64,000 nucleotides of DNA from positions 16,616,001-16,680,000 of the forward strand of contig NC_043018.1 in assembly GCF_006345805.1 (NCBI RefSeq). Direction: 5' to 3'. The stretch comes from Octopus sinensis (lineage: Eukaryota). Under the pieces are notes generated by a model that was not told the DNA's origin, made no database searches, and worked only from the letters and a program-made list of their open reading frames with translations. Position numbers and translations under genes: made by a program. Positions 26,040-36,686 of the stretch are shown piece by piece (the stretch's first letter is position 1; the number at the start of each line of letters is the position of its first letter).

Positions 26040-26414
26040 CTAGCAGTATCGCCCGGCGTTGCTCGGGTTTGTAAGGGAAATAACTATAAAGCATTTTTAG
26101 AGAGTTATAGCCAAAAAATAGCAAAAAATGGGAAAAAAAATGATGGTAAATTCTTTTTTGAGAGTTAAAAAGGTCGAGTTGCGTCCCCAATACAGTCTGT
26201 GGTTTGTGTTTCTGATTCTCGACCCCATGTCGAATTTATCGATTTTTTTCAGAACTGGGGGAACTTTTCAAAATTTTCGCTGCGCTAGTTTAGAATTATG
26301 ACATTGGGCTATGTGTGTGTCAAGTTTCATCACAATCGGTTGAAAGCCGTGGTCAGGGTGAGGGTACAACCTGACAGACACACACAGACAAACTGCCGTT
26401 TATATAGAGAGAGA
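26040..26414 (-). mobile_element. Non-autonomous Helitron, third internal subtype
   Basis: a|ctagcagtatcgcccggcgttgctcggg ... tatatagagagaga|t; shares the ~60-bp hairpin end with the 6115/53844 copies, different interior. Confidence 0.85.
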
Positions 26415-26579
26415 TTACGATCATGTATTAAGATAAACGAAGAGATTCATTGTTTCTTGCAGAAGCCATTATCAAATCCTCTTTTTGTTCGTATTGTCTT
26501 TCAGCTTTCTGGATCAGCAACTAAACTGTAACACTCACCACTCAGTTGGTTTTCCTTTTCTCATCACTGATATTGTATT

Positions 26580-26895
26580 AACGGAGCCGCTAGAGTATCG
26601 GATAAATAACCTTGCGGTATTCTTTCTGGCGCGCTTATTTCGTCTGCCGCTACATTCTGAGTTCAAATTCCGCCGAGGTCGACTTTGCCTTTCATTCTTT
26701 CGGGGGGTCGATAAATTAAGTACCAGTTACGCACTGGGATCGATATAATCGACTTAATCCGTTTGTTTGTCTGTCTTTGTTTATCCTCTCTGTGTTTAAC
26801 CTCTTGTGTGTAGTAAAGAAATAGGTATTCTTATTAGCGCGCTGCATTCTGAGTTCAGATCCCCTCGTGGTCAACTTTGCTTTTCGTCCTTTAAA
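26580..26895 (+). mobile_element. Young headless SINE A body (~26636-26823) nested in an older SINE A-like copy
   Basis: Flanked by an imperfect duplication ggtattctt....gcgcgct; the older copy resumes with gcattctgagttcagatccc...caactttgcttttcgtcctt. Confidence 0.8.
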
Positions 26896-28019
26896 TAATG
26901 TATCAGTCCGGAAGATTATTTCTCTCTCTTTTAAACAGATACTCTCTCTCTCTCTCTCACACACACATACGAAGGCGCGCACACACATGCACTCGTGCTT
27001 ACAAAAACGCAGAAATCAGTAATGAAAACCAACGCACACAGAGGAAATAGTGTGTAAAGTTCTTTATTAAAGCATACACATATGCATATTCTCTCTCTCT
27101 TTCTCTCTCAGTTATTGTTGTACTTCACCCCAGTTCAACCGTGATCATCCAGTCTAAATTTTACACGGAACCTTTCTTGGACAATATTCTTCAATGTGTC
27201 CTCATTTATTTAAAGGCCATAAATCTGGTTTCAAGGGCACTTTATTGCTGTTTCTAACAATTTAAACTTTTCTTTTTCGGTGGCACCGTATCTGATACAC
27301 CAGCTCTGTTTTGGTCGCTTTTCGTTGTGACATGTCATTGTACTTCAAATATGTATGCGTGATGGAGTGTATTTCTATATTTATACGCGTGTGTACAAGT
27401 TTGCGTGAGCTAGATGTGTGTGTGTGTGTGTGTGTGTGAGTGACTGTGCGCCCTTTGTGTGAGAATATATTGAGACCCTAAGATAAATCAATCATTATAC
27501 AAGTAATTGTCTTCTAAGAAATATAATCAATCTGCAATATGCAACCCGTGTTTCCTTTCCAGCGTAGCGTTTAGATTAATATTTAGCAAAATAAATCAAT
27601 GTATTTAAACCTTACTCGATAGATCCCAATACATTTCTGTTTTCTTAATTCTAATTGGCGACTAATTAATAAATTTGCGTTTTACGTCACAAGCTGACGT
27701 TTTTAAGACTTTCTCGATTTCAACATGGCGTGCTTCCGGTTTTCCCCTTTCGATTCACTTCTAATCCACACTTATCTTTTATTTGAGCTTTTAAGTATTT
27801 TGCTTAACCTGTTTACTTCTTATTATCTTAAAGATTTATTTCATGCCTTGCAAAACAAATACAGACAGATCCAGACGTGTTTCATAAGTTTGCACTATGA
27901 TCGCTCAGAGCCATGGCTGTCACCCAGGTTTCGTTTCACAAACACAAACAAATAAACAGACATACATATGTATAACGACTCTGCCCGCTCAGCCTTGGTG
28001 GTCGTCGTCGGATACTGTC

Positions 28020-28081
<62 letters not shown>

Positions 28082-28090
<9 letters not shown>

Positions 28091-28297
28091 TAATCCAAAC
28101 AAGAAAACACAAAAAAACAGAGCAACGCGAGGACGTGGAACAAATAAAGTATTATTGGACGCTCAGGAAAGAAGGGGAGAAGGAGGGTTTAACGTTTCGA
28201 GCGGAGCTCTTCGTCGGAAACAAAGGAGAAGGAAAGATCCCGAGAAGGGAAGACAGAGGAAAAGAATTGTTGGCGGTGCTCACGAGGTCACATGTTG
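28082..28297 (-). mobile_element. Penelope-like terminal fragment (putative), abutting (TA)n
   Basis: Minus strand has gaagagctccgctcgaaacgt...ttcctgagcgt, paralleling 8960-9150. Confidence 0.55.
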
Positions 28298-28329
28298 AAA
28301 AAAAAAAATATATATATATATATACATAT

Positions 28330-28420
28330 AAGTCTTTTACCAAAGATTCCAGTATATTCACGCAGATGGATACATTCGATCCATCTGCGTGAATATACTC
28401 GAAGCTTTGGTAAAAGACTT
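28330..28420. repeat. 91-bp near-perfect inverted repeat
   Basis: 42-bp arms 28330-28371 and 28379-28420, 2 mismatches, 7-nt loop. Confidence 0.97.
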
Positions 28421-28978
28421 TACCAAATTACTGTGACTGAAATTTGGTAGACAGAATTCTGTGGAAATCGACAGACACTGCGTGTAAACTAATTTTCCAT
28501 CTTGTGACACTGAATCAATCAGGGAAATACAGTAGTTCAGTCAATTGAATAACTGACTACTCACAGTGAAATCGATGGAGATTCCTTATCGATTTTTCGC
28601 TTCGATGCGCGTCAATGTTATGTTTGAAGTTTATGTACATAGAAAAGTAAGACCACCATTCATCGATACATTATTCACCTTTCTTTTCATTGTAGCAAGG
28701 TAAACTCTACTTCAACGCTCATGTTTCTTTCTGTTTCATCATATAATCCTAGATCAAAACGATTGCCAAATATACATAATTTTTTATTTTTTTGTTATTT
28801 TTACTTTAAAATAAACTTGTTACTCACGACGATCGAGTTGATATTGAAATTTCCCGAACATAATTTGGTGGGATTTCTGTTAGTTTTTCTATTCATTTCC
28901 ATTATAAATGCAACGAAGTTACCTTCCGTGTAAACTAGTCATTCTTAATTACATATAGATACAGTTATTTTCTTGCAC

Positions 28979-29004
28979 AGGGTTAGGGTTAGGGTTAGGG
29001 TTAG
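28979..29004 (+). repeat. Interstitial (TTAGGG)n, ~4 units
   Basis: agggttagggttagggttagggttag. Confidence 0.9.
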
Positions 29005-30249
29005 AATTCTTCTTATAGGGACCATCTTCAGTGTTGTCTCACTGAGGCTCTTGTAGATATTCATTTGTTTCTTTGGCGGTTGTAGTGTTTTTACGGGGCA
29101 TTCTGATACCCATTGTGATCATAGAGGAGAGAGAACTGCAGTATGTAGACCACACGGACAGAAGCTTTCTGCCTGATGTGGATCACAACATGGGAGGACG
29201 TAATCTTAAGTTATATTCTTACTTCAAATATCACGAACGTATTTCTTTTTTTTTTTTAAAGGAATTCATTCTTCTCCAAGACCAGGGTCGTTTTTCTTTT
29301 TTGCCCACTCCTTCTGGTATTGATCTACTGCTGCCTTCTGCACAAATTCACGAGTGGACGGTTTCCTTCTTGATATATTTCCCTTTGTAAACCCTAAAGA
29401 AGGACTTGGGTGTTAACCTTTACTCTTCGATTACCTACCCCACAATAGAAAAATGTTTCATTCTTATATTTCGGAAGAATGGGAATGAGTGACGAAAATA
29501 AAACAACATGGCACCGATACGAAAATGTCAAGACTGTTCGTTTGATAATGGTGTCAGTGTTTTTATTTTATTTTATTTTATTTCATTTTATTTTATCTTA
29601 ATCTTACCTTTCTAACAACGATTGAAATTCTAATTTATTGCTTAAAATAAAAGATTAAAACAAATAGCACGTTGCTAATGTTTTGGATTTTCCATTAATT
29701 ACTTTAATGCACCGATAAACCTCGTTCAAACTTTGTGTTCAATCATTAAATATTATTGAGCGTTTCTTTTGGAATGTTAATTTTTTGCTAAAGATCGCGT
29801 GAACATTGTAAACGATCTCCATGAAAATAAATTTTGTGACGTTGACTGATTCAGTTAAATATTTCCAAACTATTATGCATCAGAAATTTAATAAACGATT
29901 CTGTGAAGTAAAAGTATTTCAGAACATAAAACATATACTTAAAAGTTTAATTTTTCATACGAGTCGTTCATTATAGGAAAAAGCTAAAATTTAAATAATA
30001 ATCAAATTTTGTAATAGCAAATTATGCGCATTATTTTCAGTACGTTTGTATTAAATTGTTCAGAAGCTTGATGTGGAATAATAAAATAAAATGCAAAAAG
30101 TAAAAGGTATTTAATAGCAAAGTAAAGGCGACGTATTGTGAGAAGAAAATGATGGATAACATTTGGGAAGGAAAAAATACTGGGCTCAGAATCTGATCAC
30201 ATCGCCCCTTGGTTAATACTCAAATTTATGTAAGAATAGATGGGCAGTT

Positions 30250-30349
30250 GGTCAATGAAGACGTAACTTTCATCGATATGTGGCGATTTGGAATCATTCT
30301 CACCATTCCATGAAACCACATATCACCGAAAGTTACGTCCATCATGACC
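30250..30349. repeat. 100-bp imperfect hairpin
   Basis: Nested pairings gacgtaactttc/gaaagttacgtc, gatatgtgg/ccacatatc, tggaat/attcca and ggtca/tgacc. Confidence 0.85.
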
Positions 30350-30789
30350 CCGAAACCACAATACAATACTGAAATTGTACTCTGTTAGAAGAGCTTAGAG
30401 GAAGACCTTGAAACCCAATATCCTAGCAAAATGGCCCCGTTGTTATACTTCAGTCAATAAAAAGCCATTTAAGGGTTTTCTTTCAAGAAAGTTTAAAAGA
30501 AAAATAACGGAAACTACATCAAGGTAAGTTGAAGATTTTAAGATGGCATCAGGTACAACTCTAGAACCGTAATGAAAAAATCACCTCATTCCTCATTGGC
30601 AGAATCTAAGTCCCACTTGTCACTCTCTCCTAGTTTCAACTGAAGAAGACAAAGAATGTTATCTTCTGCAACATGAAAATCAGAGGAAAGTCTGCGAACC
30701 GGAAGTACTTCCTCACGTTAGTCAACTTTCATCTATTTATAAAGATGGGGAGCAAATGGAAGCAAGAAGGTACCGGCAGATTTATTGGA

Positions 30790-31224
30790 AAACATTAACA
30801 AAATCTCACCGAAATTGGCGTAAGAGTCCGACAGTCTCTATCTGAAAGCTTTCGTTTTCTTCCGGAGTTTTGTTTCGAGAAGGAGGTATTTCCCTCTTTC
30901 TCAAATGCTGTCATTACTTTCGAGACAGTACTTCTTGAGGCACCAAACATTTCAGCGGCTTTCGTTACACTAGCGCCTGCTATATATATGAGTACCAACA
31001 ATTTGACTTCTTTCAAAGTCCGATAGATCTGTCATTTTAAGGACTTTTAATTACCTTTTTTCTGATGATTTCTGAAAAGAAACAGCAATTTTAGCAAAAT
31101 ATATTAAGCAACAACAATAATAATAATAAAACATATAAATAAACAAGCTTTTGAAGGTCTTATAAATATTTCAAGATTATGATGCTATGATGCTAGGTGT
31201 TACCATTATTTTATCCAACCCCTG
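30790..31224 (-). mobile_element. Tc1-family transposon 5' fragment
   Basis: TA|CAGGGGTTGGATAAAATAATGG TIR start; ATG at 31035: MTDLSDFERSQIVG...AGASVTKAAEMFGASRSTVSKVMTAFEKEG...NSGRKRKLSDRD (paired-like HTH, GRxRK); frameshifted and truncated. Confidence 0.88.
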
Positions 31225-31589
31225 TATGTATGTAGTAAGTGAGGGCGTAAGTCACGTATATGGGTGTGTGGAAATGTGTGAAACTAAAAAAAAAATAAAA
31301 AATTAAATAAATTCAAAAATTTAAATATTAATAAAAAAAAGAAAATTACATTCAATGAAACATTTTAAACTTTAAAAAAAGTTTATCTAAAAAATCAAAA
31401 AATCAAAATTCAAAAATATTATTTTAAAACATGAATTAAATATAATTAAATATATTCAATTTCTTTAATACTCTTTTAATTAAAATGTATATAATGGGAA
31501 ATGAAGATGGGAAATATTGCAAGAAGGATAATGCGTGGTGTGAGATCGTAATGTGAGAGAGTAGTGTTGTTCTTGGTGAAGTACAGTGT

Positions 31590-31979
31590 GTGTGTGTGGA
31601 AGCACTGCGTCGGTTACGACGATGAGGGTTCCGGTTGATCCGACCAACGGAACAGCCTGCTCGTGAAATTAACGTGTAAGTGGCTGAGCACTCCACAGAC
31701 ACGTGTACCCTTAACGTACTTCTCGGGGATATTCAGCGTGACACAGAGAGTGACAAGGCCGGCCCTTTGAAATACAGGTACAACAGAAACAGGAATAAAA
31801 AGTGAGAGAAAGTTGTGGTGAAAGAGTACAGCAGAGATCACCACCATCCCCTGCCGGAGCCTCGTGGAGCTTTAGGTGTTTTCGCTCAATAAACACTCAC
31901 GACGCCCGGTCTGGGAATCGAAACCTCGATCCTACGACCGCGAGTCCGCTGCCCTAACCACTGGGCCATTGCGCCTCCT
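31590..31979 (-). mobile_element. SINE family E (tRNA head) with tail type 1
   Basis: Minus strand: ggaggcgcaatggcccagtggttagggcagcggactc...gtttcgattccc (A and B boxes); first ~200 bp match 44012 onward. Confidence 0.88.
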
Positions 31980-31984
31980 GAAGT

Positions 31985-32310
31985 ATAGTAGTGATGGTTC
32001 CGAAGCCTGTGATGTGTTGGGTGGAATGGTTGGGAGAGGAAGAATTACAGGCGATGGCGGATATTCCGAAGTTGTTCTGTAAATCTATCGACTGGACGAC
32101 AGCCAGACTGAGAAACATATGAAGAGTCAATAGAGGATGTTAGAGAAGAGATACAAGAGAAAGAGCCCCGGATGTGGAAAGTGTGTTGGTTGGTTCCAGT
32201 GAGCGAAGTGGTATTGGTAATGAATTGACGGGTGTGGCAACGGGATCTGGAGCAAGGGAAGGACCCAGGATGGACGAGAGTGGGGAGGGAGTGATCGGAT
32301 GGACCTGTAA
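31985..32310 (-). mobile_element. Penelope-like element, GIY-YIG endonuclease relic
   Basis: 32269-32045 reads PGSFPCSRSRCHTRQFITNTTSLTGTNQHTFHIRGSFSCISS...YVSQSGCRPVDRFTEQLRNIR*, matching the PLE pattern PC.RxRCxTC...F.C.S...YVGxTGR.L.xRFxEH. Confidence 0.8.
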
Positions 32311-32490
32311 ATTACGTATACATACATAGATATATTATTATTATTATCATTATTATTATTATTATTGAGTAAGAGAGCAGTTCATGCCATCAAAGTGACA
32401 CTGGGGTAAAATATACGAAGCCCAATATACCCATCATGACTACCCGTCTGATAAGGGTACACCTTAATATTATTATTATTATTATTATTA

Positions 32491-32530
<40 letters not shown>

Positions 32531-32574
32531 ATTATTATTAGGCCTTGCCCCTAAATATACATATAATACATATA

Positions 32575-33223
32575 AGAGGGGAAGTTAAAAGGTATCTGCA
32601 CTTTCGCCATAACTTATCTTTATTACTGTGTCAGTACCTTCTGCACATGCGTGCTTATAGTTTGTACTGTTGCAGTCACGTGAACGAAGTTTCAACCTGA
32701 TTGCGCCATTTTTCTTTCTGGCTTTATAGTGGAAGCTCCACTAGCAAGGTGAACCAAAGAAGAACAAAGGGCAGTGATCTGATTTCTCTGCTCGAAAGCT
32801 GTGTCAGGTGCTGAAATTCACCGGGGGCTTTTAGCAGAATACGGGGACAGAGCACTACCCCGTAGAAGTGTGTATGGGTGGATCGAGAAGTTTGAAAGTG
32901 GCTGGACAAGCATGATGCACGAAGAGGGTGTCGGACACCCGTCAACCTCCATTACTGACGAAAATATTCAGTAAGCTAAAGAGATGGTCATGGTGAACTG
33001 GTTCACCATGACCATCTCTTGGATCATTCTTCTTTGGTGCACATTGCTTGTGGAGTGGCCATGCTTCCACTGTAAAGCCAGAAAGAAAAATGACGAATTC
33101 AGGCTGAAACTTCGATAGCGTGAGCACAATAGTACCAACTACAAGCACGCATGCGTTGAATGCAGTGTAACAGTAAAAAAATATGTTATGGCGAATGTGT
33201 AGATAATGTTTTACTTCCCCTCG
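32575..33223. mobile_element. Fold-back non-autonomous mariner derivative (5' end duplicated at both termini)
   Basis: TA-flanked ~40-bp TIRs extend to ~190-bp inverted arms (32575-32764, 33027-33223); the + strand carries the mariner N-terminus (TKEEQRAVI*FL...LPRRSVYGWIEKFESG...GHPSTSITDENI); perfect 20-bp-arm palindrome at 32979-33020. Confidence 0.92.
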
Positions 33224-33857
33224 TATTTGTAATAATCTTTAAAAGCATTATTATAAGCATTTCTATGCAATGACTTTGAAATTGTTTGCTGCCTTACGAA
33301 TATCTTATATTTGTGTGAAGACATTCAGTGATTCGAACTATGATATGTTTTGTCAATATATAAGGTTATTGTCCACGTAGCAAACTAAATTGACAATGTT
33401 ACTTATGTGACCTAAAATAAAACCTGTTTATGGTTTTAAAAAACCAGGCCCATCCACATGCATGCACGCACGCACTGACACACATAGTACCATATGTACG
33501 TGTTAATTGTTAGCAACTAACACGGGTAAATTAAATCTGTGAAGTATAATCTACCTGGACGACACTCATTATGTCGCTACTGCCCGTGTCTTTGAAATAT
33601 ATAGCTGCATATCACAAAACCTCAGGTGTGTGTTTCACTCTAAGGTTTAGCACTAACCACTTTGCCTCTCATAGAACGTCAGAAATCTAGCAATTACTTC
33701 CATCTGTCTTTTTCCTTTCCTACATATATTGATATGTAGGTGTTCGAGCTGAAAGTAAACTGTATCAAACCTCAGCGCAGGGCGAAATCGTACGAAAAAC
33801 GTTGACACTTTTTACTCTATGAACCAAAACAATGTGATATGAAATAGACGGCAGATA

Positions 33858-34030
33858 GAAGGTTTCTACCCTTCAGATCTGGTTGGTCTCATTCCACCTC
33901 CCTCTGACACTCTCTGCCCAGTTCTCTCACCTCCGTTTCACATTCATAGCAACTTTACCCACCGGACCTGCACTAAACATTACGTACAGTCCGTCCGCTC
34001 CAGAACCGCAGATCACAAGAAAACTCTCTT
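33858..34030 (+). mobile_element. CR1/L2-like LINE C-terminal relic (putative)
   Basis: GFYPSDLVGLIPPP...RTCTKHYVQSVRSRTAD loosely resembles the ...S.L..L.PP...RT..Y..SFFPRT..WN pattern of CR1/L2-group ORF2 ends; lies in a stop-free frame 33843-34205. Confidence 0.4.
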
Positions 34031-34289
34031 GCTATCGACGACATGCAACAATGTAAATGAAACATCAGCATTAAAGCTACCGGTCTCAGAAATAATGAGG
34101 AGGATATGGATGCAGCTCACAATCTTCTCAGTAATAAAATCTTCAAAGATAGAAACTGTAAGCACAATTTATTCAGCAGTGATTAGATTCGTATATACAA
34201 AACAATAACCCTAAATTATTCAAGATTTATGTTTAAAATATATAGCGGATTACGTCAGGTCACTTTCGAGTGCTACTAGTAACATGTAA

Positions 34290-34800
34290 CCCAGTACAAC
34301 CTGTTGCATGGTCGGGTCGTCGGCGACTAAACCGGTAACCCCACCAAGCTTGCTTGGTGAGGAGGGTGTTTATTGGACACTCTGCGGGATGAAAATCAAA
34401 ATCCGTCAAAGGGCGGAGGAACTCTTGAGAGTCAACGGTCATCCAATAAATGTCTTAAGGATGTATCATGTGCGGGGACATAGAAATAATAGGACTGAAT
34501 ACCCGATCGCGCGGTTAAACCATTGGGAGTGACGGACTCCTAGCCTTTGTTAGGGCATCCTTCTAGGAGAAGGTAACTCAGGAAACTGGGATAACTCCGA
34601 TATAAAGCCTGCGGCTCACTGGTTACCGATGATGTTGACTTGTTCTTCTTTTCGGATTATGGCTGCTGTTGCTTAGTGAGTGGGATTGACTCAGTGCACA
34701 GCCTTTCCTCACTTAAAAAAAAATCTTCTTGCACCGGCATTGCACGATAACAACATTGATTAAGTTTCGTGCAATGGCCATACTCGATAACGATGGGGCA
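34290..34800 (+). mobile_element. Probable RTE-type LINE 5' UTR, structured and GC-richer
   Basis: Contains ...agggcatccttctaggagaaggtaactc, similar to a CTAGGAGAAGG(A/T)AACTC motif I recall from RTE 5' regions; several hairpins; no ORF follows. Confidence 0.4.
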
Positions 34801-34825
34801 GCCACCATGTATGTATGTATGAATA

Positions 34826-34845
34826 AATAGATAGATATATAGAAT

Positions 34846-34897
<52 letters not shown>

Positions 34898-35148
34898 GAT
34901 ATATAGATAGATAGATAGATAGATAGAATGATAGATAGATAGATAGATAGATAAGTTTCTTTATTGGCGTCACAGGGCTGCACACAGATGGGACAAGTTA
35001 CAAGGTAGAGTTTTTCTTTTGGGGGATGAAGAGAACAAAAAAAGGGGGGGGGACGTATGTTTTCGATCAAGAGGGATCGTAAAAGGGAAGAAAAGAACAA
35101 AAAAAGTAAATAAATAAATAAAATAAAAAATAAAAAGAAAGATAGAAT

Positions 35149-35200
<52 letters not shown>

Positions 35201-35207
35201 TATAGAT
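34826..35207. repeat. Two (GATA)n blocks flanking a probable retroelement 3' end (34951-35100, minus strand)
   Basis: Minus strand reads ...cttgtaacttgtcccatctgtgtgcagccctgtgacgccAATAAAgaaactt-(ATCT)n. Confidence 0.7.
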
Positions 35208-35616
35208 ATGCACTAAACTTACACAGATGCACACATATTTTGCTTAATGTACCATTTTAAAATAAATATACAGAATGAAAAGAGTAGAATAAGATGGAAT
35301 ATAAGAATAACAACGACGACGGACTTTCAAATCTGTAGTAAAAACCTGTTCAACTGGTCCACTCTTTTATTTAAGACACTCATGCGTTAAATGTGAATAT
35401 CCAGCTGTCTTTCATTGTATTTATCCTACGTAAACGATTTCCGGTGGAGATTTACTGAAAAATAATGAAGAAAGTAGATTTAGGCCAAGTTAACCTTGGT
35501 TTTTTTATACTATCATTTAGTGTCAGCTGAAAAGAATAGATGAGATCGTATGGCTTAGATTATCTCCCTTCCTATGGTGCAGAAAATGTGTTATCTAGAA
35601 TGATTTACATAATATC

Positions 35617-35850
35617 CATTTCTTTATTACCCACAAATGGCTAAACATAGAGGGGACAAACAAGGACAGACATGGGTATTAAGTCGATTACATCGACCCC
35701 AGTGTGTAACTGGTACTTAATTTACCGACCCCGAAAGGATGAAAGGCAAAGTCGACCTCGGCGGGATTTGAACTCACAACGTAACGGCAGACGAATACTG
35801 CTAAGCATTTCGCCCAGCGTGCTAACGTTTCTGCCAGCTCGCCACCTTCA
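35617..35850 (-). mobile_element. SINE family A, full-length, 12-bp TSD
   Basis: TSD ttacataatatc at 35605-35616 and 35851-35862. Confidence 0.93.
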
Positions 35851-35915
35851 TTACATAATATCGATTTACATAATATCGAGATTCTTCATTCTATTGTTGT
35901 CTTATCATGTTTGTC

Positions 35916-35961
<46 letters not shown>

Positions 35962-35966
<5 letters not shown>

Positions 35967-36126
35967 AAAGAGTGAGAAAATACAGAAGGCTTGTTTTATA
36001 AGGTTAAAGAATATATTTAAGATGTTATGTTAGAAAAATGTTATAAAATTTGGAATAACATTTTTCTAACATAACGACTTAAAACTAATAAAACAAGCCT
36101 TCTGTAGCTTTTTCACTCTTTTCTAT
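35962..36126. repeat. 165-bp palindromic (MITE-like) element
   Basis: Outer arms 35962-35999 and 36088-36126 nearly identical; inner 21-bp arms 36024-36044 and 36055-36075 perfect; 10-nt loop. Confidence 0.92.
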
Positions 36127-36189
36127 TTTTTATAAATCCAACCACGTGCTTTCACACACCAGCTTTCTCACCTATATATATATATATAC

Positions 36190-36221
<32 letters not shown>

Positions 36222-36268
36222 ATGTGTGTGTATTGTATATATGTATATATATATATATATATATATTA

Positions 36269-36304
<36 letters not shown>

Positions 36305-36475
36305 ACACACACTGGGAGGTTATCTTCCCTGCCGGTGTATAAAGTTAAAAGTATGAACTGTTTTTAACTGTTATTTCTAGCAATGTAAGTGATTCAGCAC
36401 CCTGGAGTACATTTAGTGACAATTTTTTTTTTCCGTTATGGTATTATATTATATCTAGCTGTTTATATTAATTCA

Positions 36476-36526
36476 TAGATAGATAGATACACAGATACAC
36501 AGATAGATAGATAGATAGATGGATAT

Positions 36527-36565
<39 letters not shown>

Positions 36566-36566
36566 T

Positions 36567-36612
<46 letters not shown>

Positions 36613-36622
36613 GGATAGATAT

Positions 36623-36686
<64 letters not shown>

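Noticed and set aside
28421-28450. Second small hairpin taccaaatt/aatttggta
   Set aside because: The right arm belongs to a decayed SINE D-like segment (atttggtagac); pairing likely chance.
29073-29390. 105-aa ORF
   Set aside because: Runs through a T-rich tract; no recognisable domain.
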